From contig NC_057719.1 in NCBI RefSeq assembly GCF_004010195.1, positions 41,503,679 through 41,542,512 of the forward strand: a DNA stretch of 38,834 nucleotides, given 5' to 3'. Below the pieces are notes generated by a model, which made no database searches, was not told where the DNA came from, and saw only the letters and a list, made by a program, of their open reading frames with translations. A program made the translations under genes and the position numbers. This DNA is from Chiloscyllium plagiosum. Its lineage: Eukaryota. Positions 1 to 10,727 of this stretch are shown one piece after another (within the stretch, counting starts at the first letter, position 1; every line of letters begins with the position of its first letter).

Positions 1-505
1 ATTGTGTGCAATTTTGGTCGCCATACTATAGGTAGGATGTGGAGGCACTGGAATGGGTGCAGAGGAGGTTTACCAGGATGTTGCCTGGTATGGTAGGAAG
101 ATCGTATGAGGAAAGGCTGAGGCACTTGGGTTTGTTTTCATTGGAGAAAAGAAGGTTTAGGGGTGACTTGATAGAGGTGTACAAGATGATTAGGGGTTTA
201 GATAGGGTTGACCGTGAGAACCTTTTTCCACGTATGGAGTCAGCTATTACGAGGGGCATTGCTTTAAATTAAGGGGTGGTAGGTATAGGACAGATGTTAG
301 GGGTAGGTTCTTTACTCAGCGAGTCAAGAGTTCATGGAATGCCCTGCCAGTAGCAGTGGTGGACTCTCCCTGTTTATGGGCATTTAAGCGGGCATTGGAT
401 AGGCATATGGAGGATAGTGGGCTAGTGTAGGTTAGGTGGGCTTGGATCGGCGCAACATCGAGGGCCAAAGGGCCTATACTGCGCTATATTCTTCTATGTT
501 CTATG
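1..505 (+). mobile_element. CR1 LINE 3' end (ORF2 C-terminus, 3'UTR, (TTCTATG)n tail), cut by window start
   Basis: ORF 39-272 (LEWVQRRFTRMLPGM..YEERLRHLGLFSLEKRRFRGDLIEVYKM) is the typical CR1 ORF2 C-terminus; ends in ttctatgttctatg. Confidence 0.93.
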
Positions 506-713
506 AAGGATTAAAAAAGATGTTATATTGTGAAAGGTAATGAGAAAGTACAACAAAGGGGAAGACTATTTGTCAATACTGAAGGATCAACTATTCATTT
601 TTTCACCCTGTAATGTTTAGGGCTATATTTTCTTGCCTTAATTTTAATGAAAAAGAAGGCACAAACAAGACTACCAGCCGAAAACACGTATTTTAAGATT
701 TAACTATGCATGA

Positions 714-821
714 TGTGAAGGTGCTGGTGCTGGGCCAGGGTGGACAAAGCTATAAAATCATACATCACCAAGTTATAGTCCAACCTGTTGGACTATAACC
801 TGATGTTGTGTGATTTTTAAC
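714..821. mobile_element. Fold-back fragment of PLE family A pLTR
   Basis: aaaatcatacatcaccaagttatagtccaac / gttggactataacctgatgttgtgtgatttt inverted pair; degenerate TSD tttaactatgcatga (699-713) / tttaaccatgtatga (822-836). Confidence 0.8.
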
Positions 822-1588
822 TTTAACCATGTATGACACTGTCCTTTAATTAATTGATTAAACAATCCCCCCAAAAAATGCTGCGCTTCATTTGTTAATG
901 TTATTACCAGTAACTTACACATTATTTACAACAGTGAAATTGAGAAGCAAGTTTCCTACTCAACTGGACTACTGAAAGACAAAATTGTATCACTGCAGTT
1001 AAAAAGTGAATTGCATGAAAGTGTCTGGATGATACCATGGACTTAATGTTATTTGGTGAAAAATTATAGCTTCAAATTTCCTGTTATACTGAAACCTGGC
1101 CTTCACCATTATCTATAAACCTTTATCAAGTAAATGAAACATAGATACAAGTTGCTGAGATTTTCCCTTGTTCAGGCTAAGTGTAAGGGGGGATTGCATT
1201 AGGTGTTGACAAATTCATGACATCATCAAGAAAGCACGCCTTATCTTGTGCCAATCAGGTTGTCAAGAGCTGAACATCAAATTTCAAGGCCTCTGAGCTG
1301 AAATTCCAGCTTGCTAACTCATGCCAAATCTTGTTCTCAAGCACTACCATTTAACATTACACCTGGTAAATTCACATGGTATCAATCACAAACAGATCTT
1401 AGATTCATGCCAAAATGTAATAGGATACAGTTCTAAGTGTACATTGATGAAATCACTATTTTTTAAGGAGAGATGTAATTAAACGCCTGTTCACTACATT
1501 TAACTTCCTTCGACTTCCTTATCCCTTTAAAAAATAAATTTAAAAATCACACAACACCAGGTTATAGTCCAACAGATTTATTTGGAAG

Positions 1589-1624
1589 CACTAGCTTTTC
1601 GGAGCACTGCTCTTTCATCAGGTG
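1589..1624 (-). ncRNA. Minimal hammerhead ribozyme motif in pLTR (slightly degenerate)
   Basis: Reverse complement cacCTGATGAaagagcagtgctccGAAAAgctagtg (extra A, one stem II mismatch). Confidence 0.65.
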
Positions 1625-2211
1625 ATTGTGGAGAATAAGATTGTAAGACACAGAATTTAGAGCAAAATTTTACAGTATGATGTAACTGAAATTATATATT
1701 GAAAAAGACCTGGATTGTTTGTTAAGTCTCTCATCTTTTAGAATGACTATGTTGGTTTCAGTTCTTTCACATATAAATCGCAAAACTTTTTTTAAAAGTT
1801 ACATTTTCAAGTGAACTATGACAATTGTTGTCATGTTGGCACAGACAAGGTATTGAAAGTGTAAACTCCCTGTGAGGCTGTCTGTGCCACAATAGTGAGA
1901 TTAAATCTAATCTAAAAAAATGGATATACTGAATCATACATGTATTCATGCAGTTTTTGAGCAAAGTAAAATGTAATTCTGCAAGTGCAAATTCACCCCT
2001 CATACTTATATGTGTATGTGTGCATGTGGATGTGTGTGGTTGGGGGGATGGTGGGGGGTTATGAGTGTCTGTGAGAGGGCGTGTGCGTGTGTGTGTGTCC
2101 CTGTCCGTCTGTCTGTGTGCCCGTTGTATCATGCAATGGACTCATCTATAGTGTGACATGAACACAAGGGGTACTGAACTTGGCTAACAGCACCTGCTTG
2201 ACCATTTTTCA

Positions 2212-2563
2212 TTGCTGCCTGTCCCGAAGTCTGCCTTGGAGGATGGTCACCAGAAGGTCCGAGATCGAATGTCCCAGGCCGCTAATGTGGTCTCCGACTT
2301 GGAGGGAACACTCCTCTCTGTTGATTATTCTGCAGTGTCCATTTATCCGTTGCCGTTAACTCTGTTTGAGCTTGCTAATGTACCATGCCTCAGGGCATCC
2401 TTGCCTGCAGCGTATTAGATAGACAACTTTGGCTGAGTCCCATGAGTACCTGCCACGTACATGATGGGAAGTATGCCCACGCATAATGGTGGTATCCGTG
2501 TTGACACTCTGACACGTCTTGCAGCGTCTACCGTAACTAGGTTGTATGGTATTGTCCTGAAAG
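2212..2563 (-). pseudogene. PLE GIY-YIG endonuclease fragment (inverted arm)
   Basis: RRCKTCQ..HHVRGRYSWDSAKVVYLIRCRQGCPEAWYI in ORF 2356-2739(-); mirrors the plus-arm copy. Confidence 0.85.
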
Positions 2564-3066
2564 CCCACACCTCCACTTCTCGCCTTTAAACAGCCACCAA
2601 ACCACAAACAGATCATGTTTGTAGCAAATTGCCCAGCTTTCAGGACAATACCATACAACCTAGTCACAGTAGACGCTGCAAGATGTGTCAGAGTGTCAAC
2701 ATGGATGCCACCATTACGTGTGGGGACACCTCCCACCATGTACGTGACTCAGCCAATGTTGTCTATCTCATATGCTGCAGGCTTGAATACCCTGAAGCAT
2801 GGTACATTGGCGAGACCAAACGAAGGCTACGGCAAAGCATGAATGGACACCGCAGAACTGTCAACAGACAGGAGTGTTCCCTCCCAGTCGGAGAACACTT
2901 CAATGGTCCAGGACATTCGACCTCGGACCTTCAGGTGACCATCCTGCAAGGCAGACTTCGTGACAGGCAGCAGCGAAAAATGGCCGGGCAGAGACTGATA
3001 GCCAAGTTTGGTACTCAAAGGGAGGGCCTTAACCGGGACCTTGGGTTCATGTTACACTATAGGTGA
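2564..3066 (+). pseudogene. PLE Cys linker plus GIY-YIG endonuclease C-terminus
   Basis: RCKMC..NVVYLICC..WYIGETKRRLRQSMNGHR..VGEHFNGPGHS..GLNRD, native stop at 3064-3066. Confidence 0.9.
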
Positions 3067-3085
3067 CCCCATTGCACTATACACA

Positions 3086-3292
3086 TGATTTGGAAATGCC
3101 GGTGTTGGACTGGGGTGTACAAAGTTAAAAATCACACAACACCAGGTTATAGTCCAACAGGTTTAATTGGAAGCACTAGCTTTCGGAGCGACGCTCCTTC
3201 ATCAGGTCTGATGAAGGAGCAGCACTTCGAAAGCTAGTCCTTCTAATTAAACCTGTTGGACTATAACCTAGTGCTGTGTGATTTTTAACTTA
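3086..3292. mobile_element. Fold-back pLTR-only PLE insertion with two back-to-back hammerhead motifs
   Basis: Inverted repeat centred at 3207 (catcaggt|ctgatgaagg); perfect 12-bp TSD gcactatacaca at 3074-3085 and 3293-3304. Confidence 0.9.
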
Positions 3293-3441
3293 GCACTATA
3301 CACACAGACACGCGGACACACACGGACACACACGGACACACATATCGACACTCCTACAGACACACACTCCTACACACATACACACACACCCTTTCTCGTA
3401 CACTCACACATACACTTCCACACACACCCTCTCACAGACTT

Positions 3442-3756
3442 AAACCCCTTCACCTTAAATTTATGTCCCCTTGTAACACTCTGTTGTACCCGGGGAAAAA
3501 GTTTCTGACTGTCTACTCTATCTATTCCTCTGATCATCTTATAAACCTCTATCAAGTCACCCCTCATCCTTCGCCGTTCCAACGAGAAAAGGCCTAGCAT
3601 TCTCAACCTATCCTCGTACGACCTATTCTCCATTCCAGGCAACATCCTGGTAAATCTTCTCTGCACCCGCTCCAAAGCTTCCACATCTTTCCTAAAGTGA
3701 GGCGACCAGAACTGCACACAGTACTCCAAATGTGGGCTAACCAAAGTCCTCTACAG
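3442..3756 (-). mobile_element. CR1 LINE ORF2 C-terminal fragment
   Basis: PHLEYCVQFWSPHFRKDVEALERVQRRFTRMLPG in ORF 3370-3744(-). Confidence 0.92.
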
Positions 3757-3758
3757 TT

Positions 3759-4537
3759 TGTTGGGGAGATTTCACTGGGGTGTTTAATGTAGGGCTAGGG
3801 AGGGTGACACTAGTTCTGCAACAGACACTTCTAGTTCCAGCCCTGAAATGGTTAACAACAGCCAAGCGAGCTGCTGCTGGCGACTGCATGACTACCTGGC
3901 TGGAGCTTGTAAGGGAAATGCATCATGTTAATTAAATCTTGGAGCCTGTAAATACCAGCCAGTATCAATTGCCCCATCGAAACTCGGGATTAATAAAGAA
4001 ACCGATCGGAATCTTAACTGTCAGACAAGTGTGAATTGCTCTATCGGAACCTGTAACTATTGAGTGTGAATGGCTCTATTTAAGTCTAAAGTTGGTAAGT
4101 GTAATTGTCAATTTAGTTAAACTGAAACTATTGAAAATGGCTAGCCTGTCAGATGCATAGTAATTCCTTGAAACAATGAACTATTGAATACGGGATCGGA
4201 ACCGCTCCCGGGGATGGCTGAGCCATTGTCAAGCACAGCAGGAGCTGGACAGGCACTTCGATGTGGCCAATAGGAGGACGGATCCCCAGCGCGCGCAGAT
4301 GAATGGACCAATGGGGAAGGTGAACTGACCAGGGACTCCTGGCAGCGCGAAGTATAATTGTGTCAAGTTTGAACGGGAAGGAGAACGCCTTCTCCAACGA
4401 ATGCATGCTTGTAGATTCGTTGTACCAGTTAAGATTCTGTGAATAAACGGCTGTCTGCGTCTAACCATAGTTGCCAGTGTGAGTCTCTCCTTCCGAAAGA
4501 ACACGCAAAGACGGGACCCCGCGGGTCCGTCTTAACA
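3759..4537 (+). mobile_element. Probable solo LTR (ERV or Gypsy type)
   Basis: TGTT...AACA termini, repeated aactattga motifs, AATAAA at 4442-4447, CpG-retaining 3' part with terminal hairpin; PLE pLTR resumes immediately after; no TSD seen. Confidence 0.55.
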
Positions 4538-5240
4538 GACTATAACCTGGTGTTGTGTGATTTTTAACTTTGTACACCCCAGTCAACACCGGTGTCTCCA
4601 AATCTTGACTTTTAAAAATAAGCATTAACTTTCCTAGCCCCACTTCAAATGCTTCATGTGTACTTGAAGCTGTCAATTGAACTGTGAACTGATAGACACC
4701 CACTGTGATAAAGATACCTTGTAAAATCAGTCATTGTAAGAGAAGTCCTTTAATGATAGCCCTCAAGCTTGCCTCAACAGACAGAGTGGAGATATTTTTA
4801 AACTACATTTGTTTGTTGTCTCCACGAACACAGACCTTCAAAATAGAACCAGCCCTCTTTTCTGGACCTGTGAATTGTCAGACTTTGGGTCAGGACTTCT
4901 GTTCTGATTAAAATTAAGGCTGAAGACTCTAAAACAGTAGTACATGTTTTTTTTAAAAAAGGCTCCTCTTCTGCCTATCAATTGAACAACTGGATCTCCA
5001 CCGTGAATGCGATCAGTGACTTCCCCTTCCTTAGTGGAAAACTCTAATGCAAATAACAGTTAACATAGTGCAGAGATATAGGAGATGGCATTGGATATCA
5101 TTATTATGGACACCTACAACCTTTGCAATGCACCATTATGGAGTATGTCCAATATTGCTTTTTCAACATCTTTCAAAGGAATTTCACGCTACTCTTCATC
5201 AAAAATAAGGCAAGGGATGGAAATGTCACATTGACACATA

Positions 5241-5550
5241 AGATGTATAAGAGTAAAATTAGGTCACTCGGCCCATTGAGTCTGTTCTGCCTTTCAATCA
5301 TGGTTAATACGTTCTCAACCCCATTCTCTAGCCTTCTCCCCATAATCTGATCCCCTTACTAATTTTGACACTGAATCACATGAACATGTTGAAGGTATAC
5401 ACAATGCATATTTCTGAAATACACACAATGGCTTAGGCTCCACAGCCTCCGTGGCAATGTGGATTCACTGTCCTATAGCTGAAGAAATTCCTCCTTGGAT
5501 CAGTTCTAAAGGGTCATCCTTTCAGTCTGACGTTGTGCCTTAGGTTACTT
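5241..5550 (-). mobile_element. Old CR1-type LINE 3' end
   Basis: ggtcactcggcccattgagtctgttctgcc..ctcaaccccattctc and gaagaaattcctcct resemble reverse-strand shark CR1 3' ends. Confidence 0.55.
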
Positions 5551-5627
5551 GCAGTGAATCTATGAAAATGGGACTGAACCTCATTATTGGGGCAGAATTG
5601 AAAATACCCCTTGTGCTTCATGGAAAA

Positions 5628-5730
5628 TGTCTTGCATTTCAATAGTACCTTTCATGACCACTGAATATCTCAAAATGTTTTACATCCAATGAAGTACTTT
5701 TAAATTGTGGATACCATTGTAATTTAGGAA
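5628..5730 (-). repeat. Ancient SINE 3' tail (DeuSINE/AmnSINE1-like); related copies at ~20283-20395 (+) and ~36130-36218 (-)
   Basis: Shared motif cttgcat..cctttca..caaa..ttta..ccaatgaa.tactttt at three places; family name from memory. Confidence 0.5.
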
Positions 5731-7085
5731 ATCTCTCCAAAGCTAGAGGGTAGGCACAATGGATCCTAACACATGATGCCTGAATTGTTACACTCTCTGC
5801 TATAATTTGTTCAGTCAAGGACAGAATTCAGTATCAAAAATGCTGTAAAAATGTTTTTTTTTAAATGCTGCCACCATAATTTTTTGGATGTAAACCTGCA
5901 GCCTATTTTGAAACATATATGTGTCTTCAACATGTTCATATGATTCAGTAAGTGTCAAAATTTGGCTGATGATCACTAGTTTTTATATCACTGGGGGATC
6001 AAATCCCCATGACACACGTGAACTGAAATACAAAATGTGATTGGGTAAAATGTGATGACATGAAAACAGTATTAAATCCAGCCTGATAATTGACAGCAGT
6101 ATTCCGAGATTGATGCTGGTGGGTCATGCAAGACAGTCTATTGACTACTGAAGTTATAAACCTTTAGCCGTAATGTTCGTAAAACAAATCAAAGGTCATT
6201 CAGTACTAAAACTAAATTAACTAATCCTATAACAAAATAAATATTGACCATAGTTTTCAGCCTATAAGACAAACCTTTGTCCTTTTGATTTGATTACATT
6301 GGACTGGATATTTTATTATTTATCATACCCTCACTCTTAATTATCTTTGCTGGAGTAAATTGATCGCAAGCAAAAAGCTGACAAAAGAGTGAGAATTCTT
6401 AAGCAGGCCCACTGCACTTATCACAACTGCTGTACAAAAGCCATGCACACCCACTGATGGACAAAGTCACAGTGAATAATACTTGAATAAAGATTAAAGA
6501 AGAAGATTCTTTTCGAGAAAGAAAAGATTAAAGGGAATGCCCCATTAAAATACATCAAGTATAATTACTCTTGATAAGGGGTGTGCCCAGATTGTTACTG
6601 TAATGCTTGCAAAGAAAGAAGAATTAAAGGATATAAAATAGAAAATAATTAATAGGGAATCTGAAGAAAACAGCGTTCAGAATACATTACTTTAATGGAA
6701 CAGGATAATATTGTTTAAACATTAGTAGTTTTCAAAGTTCAATTTGTTGTTCTGATTTGAGAGTTGATGCATTAGGGCAATGAAAGCAAAAATTAACTAT
6801 TTTGTCTGATTTAACTTGCTCATCATCCTTTAATTCAATATTTGAGTTGAAAATAATTGAATTGAAAACCATGTCCTGACCTTATTGCAAACATTATAGC
6901 ATGGTTTTGATTGACATTAATGTTACATATTTGAAGGAGAAACCCAATCATCTTAGAAACAATAATAATGATGCAGTAGTTGAGTGAGTACAGGAGCTTA
7001 GCTTGAAATGCATTTCCACACTGAAATATTGCTCTCTGTTATTTGGCTTTCTTGAGGCAATTTTACTTACAACAAGCCTGAAATC

Positions 7086-7471
7086 TGAAACAAAAACAAA
7101 AATTGCTGGAAGACCTCAGCAAGTCTGGCAGTGTCTGTGCAGAAAAATCAGAGTTTATGTTTTTTTTAGATTAGATTCCCTACAGTGTGGAAACAGGCCC
7201 TTCATTCACACCGACCCTCCAAAGAGCAATCCACCCAGACCCATTTCCCTCTTACCAACGTACCTAACACTATGGGCAATTCACCTAACCTGCACATCTT
7301 TGGACTGTGGGAGGAAACTGGAGCACCCGGAGAAAACCCACGCAGACACGGGGAGAATGTGCAAACTCAACACAGACAGTCGTCTGAGGCTGGAATCGAA
7401 CCTGGGACCCTGGTGCTAACCACTGAGCCATTGTGCGACCCAATTGGGGTCCAGTAACTCTTCCTCAGAAT
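7086..7471 (-). mobile_element. Old PLE pLTR remnant, split by a SINE within its hammerhead region
   Basis: attgctggaagacctcagcaagtctggcag..cagagtttatgttt, then after the SINE gggtccagtaactcttcctcagaa (reverse complement ttCTGAGGAagagttactggaccc). Confidence 0.55.
7168..7440 (-). mobile_element. tRNA-derived HE1/V-SINE-like element
   Basis: V-domain (ggagcacccggagaaaacccacgcagacacggggagaatgtgcaaact), B-box ggaatcgaacc, CR1-like tail with agatt repeats. Confidence 0.85.
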
Positions 7472-7959
7472 TGGAAACCTGTGCTGTTCAAAATATGTAT
7501 AGCCAGGCATATGACTTGGAGGTAAAGTGTTTCATTATCTTTGACCTGAAATCTTATGGACCCTTGTTATGCTGATGGCATCCACTTTTATCCATCAGCT
7601 CAAATAACAATACAAGCCAGTTAATGATCAGCCAATTAAAAAAATATGATTTCTAGTTGCCGTAAGTGGAAATGTTGGTTCTTCTGTCTTCAAGTGCCTC
7701 TATCCAATCCTTGAGTGGCCTGGGTGGGTCTTCTGGGCAGACTCTGGATATTGAGTAGAGTCTGCAAAACAAGTCTCCAGGTAGATGCCAACCATCAGTA
7801 TAGGTAGAATTTAAATACAAAGGAGTCCCTTTGGATTAAGAGGGGTATGGGTTAACAATGCAGGTAAAATAGTAAGGATGTGTCTTTTTCAAAAATGGAC
7901 TGAAATTGAAGAATGGTTTGAGTGGTGAGAAAAAAGACTTTGCAAATGAATATATTCTT

Positions 7960-8250
7960 GAGTCAAACAGTGTGGTGCTGGAAAAGCACAGCAGGTCAGG
8001 TAGCATCTGAGGTGCAGGAGAGTCAACGTCTGAGGCATAAGCCCTTCATCAGGAATGAGGCTTGTGGGCCAAGGGAGCTGAGAGATAAATGGGAGGGGGT
8101 GGGGCTGGGGTAAACGTAACTGAGAATAGGATAGGTAGATGAAGATGAGGACGAAAGTGATACGTCAGAGAGGGGGATGCAACAGATAGGTGGGAAGGAA
8201 GCTGGACAGGTAGGATCATACAAGAGAGCGGTGTTGAGTTGGAAGGTTGT
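7960..8250 (-). mobile_element. PLE family B 3' end/pLTR with degenerate hammerhead
   Basis: Reverse complement ttcCTGATGAagggcttatgcctcagacgttgac..gatgctacctgacctgctgtgcttttccagca; homologous to 12560-12880. Confidence 0.8.
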
Positions 8251-8349
8251 GCAGTCCTCACTTTCTCCTAATGAATATTTCTGTTTGGGCTTGGGTCCTA
8301 TGGACAATTAGTTTGCATCGTGTTTAAAATGGAAAACTATAATACATGC

Positions 8350-8518
8350 CATGATTTGTAAATGCTGGTGTTGGACTGGGGTGTACAAAGTTAAAAATCA
8401 CACAACACAAGGTTATATCTATCTCCTCTATCACCTGATGAAGGAGCAGTGCTCCGAAAGCTAATGTGCTTCCAATTAAATCTGTTGGACTATAACCTAG
8501 TGTTATGTGATTTTTAAC
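8350..8518. mobile_element. Fold-back pLTR-only PLE family A insertion; hammerhead at 8432-8466 (+)
   Basis: cacCTGATGAaggagcagtgctccGAAAGCTA; inverted arms; TSD ataatacatgc (8339-8349) / ataatatgtgc (8519-8529). Confidence 0.85.
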
Positions 8519-9203
8519 ATAATATGTGCACCACAGATAATTTAAAAATATATAAAAAGGCATCATAAAAATCCTAAAAAAATGTTATTAAGCTAAGAAA
8601 AGACATGATATAATATTGCTGAAAAGAAAATCAGAAGACAATGGAGTTTTCTGGAAGGCACAGTAGCAGTAAGGAGATAGTCAATGCTAGGGTTTGAGCA
8701 GTAGGAGATTAATGGTGTAATGATAAAACAGAAATAGAAGCAATATTAAATAGCAACTTTCCCTTAGTTTTCAAACAGGAATCATCAAATCATTGAGGAT
8801 TACAACACAGTGGAAACCTGTTCAGCCTGCTGTTCTGACGTTGGTTTTGTGAAGAGCTACCAAAAGCTAATCCCCTTGCTCTACTCTCCCTCGAGGTCAG
8901 TTCCTTCTTCTGTATTAAATATTTATGTACTCTGTTCTTGAGATCCAATGGCCTCTGGGTCAACCATTCTATGTGGAATCACAGATCAATCTCCAACAAT
9001 TTTGGGCTTAAAGAAATTTGAGCTAAATTTCTGCCCTTGCTTTCCATTTTAAATTGATGATCATCTCCTCACTGGTCAATCAGAAAAAAAAATTTCCTTA
9101 TTTATTAAAACACATTTAATTGTGTCCTCTGAAAAGAGTATCAGAATGTCAAGTATCACGTCAATTTAATGATTCATCCACAATTTCATTTTGGTAAATC
9201 CAA

Positions 9204-9450
9204 AGTAATGAGGTCAGCCAGGTTGACATCATAGGATATGAGTTCCTTGATTGGAGCAGATTAACAGCCCGAATCAGGGAGCCCTGATTGACAGACATAA
9301 ACATGAGTGGTAGAGGTCCTGTTCTCTCTGAGAGCTGGCTCTGTCGTAACTGGACAAGTGTCAAGGTCATTCCACATGAAAATAAAGGGTGACTGGGTGA
9401 TGGGATGCTGGACTCTGTGGAGTTCATTCATTGGCAGCGACAGTGGGATT
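9204..9450 (+). promoter_or_regulatory. Probable Gypsy 5' LTR (~9204-9430) and primer-binding site (9432-9450)
   Basis: AATAAA at 9381, ends ..ttca, followed by tggcagcgacagtgggatt, which resembles the complement of a tRNA-Leu 3' end (mismatches are all transitions). Confidence 0.55.
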
Positions 9451-9785
9451 AATAATGTAACCATGCAAAAGTGCTTACTAGCTGAAACCCAACCGGCTTC
9501 CAACAAGCATTAGAGCTGGTTTTGTCATTGGAAAATGTGGCAAGTGGAGCATATGTTTTGCAAGGTATTCCAATGAAAGTGGACACACTTGTCAGCCCAA
9601 CTGACTTGGGGAACACTTGGGTGAAGGCAATTACATAGCCTCACTCAGGACATATCCAAACTGTAGGTCAGCCCACAGCAACACCCCAAAACAAAGCCAA
9701 GCCTCGCCCAAATGGTTAACATTTTTTTCAGGATCTGGACCTGCAAGCCATTGAAATTGCTGCCAGTATGTTGGCTTGAGACAGC

Positions 9786-10177
9786 CTAGGAACCCTCCAA
9801 CCACAAGGGATGAACTCGGATTTCACCAGTTTCCTCATTTCCCCTCCCCCCACCCTGTCTCAGTCAAATCCATCGAATTCAGCACCGCCTTCCTAACCTG
9901 CAATCTTCTTCCTGACCTCTCCGCCCCCACCCTAGTCTGACCTATCACCCTCACCTTGACCTCTTTCCACCTATCACATTTCCGACGCCCCTCCCCCAAG
10001 TCCCTCCTCCCTACCTTTTATCTTAGCCTGCTGGACAAACTTTCCTCATTCCTGAAGAAGGGCTTATGCCCGAAACGTCGATTCTCCTGTTCCCTGGATG
10101 CTGCCTGACCTGCTGCGCTTTTCCAGCAACACATTTCCAGCTTTGATCTCCAGCATCTGCAGACCTCACTTTCTCCT
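9786..10177 (+). mobile_element. PLE family B 5'-truncated copy (GIY-YIG end plus pLTR)
   Basis: LGTLQPQGMNSDF end of ORF; perfect TSD ttgagacagc at 9776-9785 and 10178-10187. Confidence 0.9.
10049..10082 (+). ncRNA. Minimal type-I hammerhead ribozyme, intact core
   Basis: tc-CTGAAGA-a-gggc ttat gccc-GAAAC-GTC-ga; predicted cleavage after GUC (10079). Confidence 0.8.
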
Positions 10178-10727
10178 TTGAGACAGCAAGAGTCCCATCA
10201 GATCCAAACTGAATAAGAGAATTCATAGGCCAATATCCAGAAGAATTCACACTCTGGAAAGTTCCCTACATCTGGTATGGAACAGTTAAATTGTTTAGCA
10301 ACATCCAAATCAGAACCAATCAAAATAAATGTCTGGTTTAATGGTCACCTGGGTTCTAATGGTGGGAGCTACAAGTGTGGCCATTTCAATGATCACAGAA
10401 CTGGTCTTTAACAAAATTTTCTCAGGACTCCAGCCCTTATGTTTGCACAAGGCCTTGACTAGACTTGAACCTAGACCAAGGAACCTTTACAGATTAACGG
10501 TAAAACTTCAGTTCTAGTCTCTTATGAGAAGCAGTTGGTTCAGTTACCACTGATTGTAGTAAAAGGCTCGGGCCCAAGCCCGATTGGGTGAAATTGATTA
10601 CCAAAGTTTCACCTGGGTTGGCTCAACATTTTTCAATCAGAAAATGGCTGCCTGAGTGAAGTCATAATTAAACACCCAGAAATTTGTTGAGAAGGTCTAG
10701 ACACTATCAAAGGAGGCAAGCAGCCCT

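Larger units (their letters stand above)
1538..4608. mobile_element. PLE family A insertion with inverted arms (minus arm ~1538-2563, plus arm ~2564-4608) and nested insertions
   Basis: GIY-YIG coding sequence on both strands, (CA)n/(TG)n 3'UTR on both arms, pLTR at both outer ends; candidate TSD ctttaaaaaataa (~1525-1537) / cttttaaaaataa (~4609-4621). Confidence 0.8.

Noticed and set aside
1767..2132. 121-aa ORF (also 3278-3508)
   Set aside because: Translation of (CA)n-rich PLE 3'UTR; low complexity.
2212..3066. Selenoprotein-type (Naiad-like) PLE
   Set aside because: No in-frame TGA at conserved Cys positions and no recognisable SECIS element in the visible part.
4508..4537. Helitron 3' hairpin
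   Set aside because: No CTRR terminus; TG..CA ends and AATAAA fit an LTR better.
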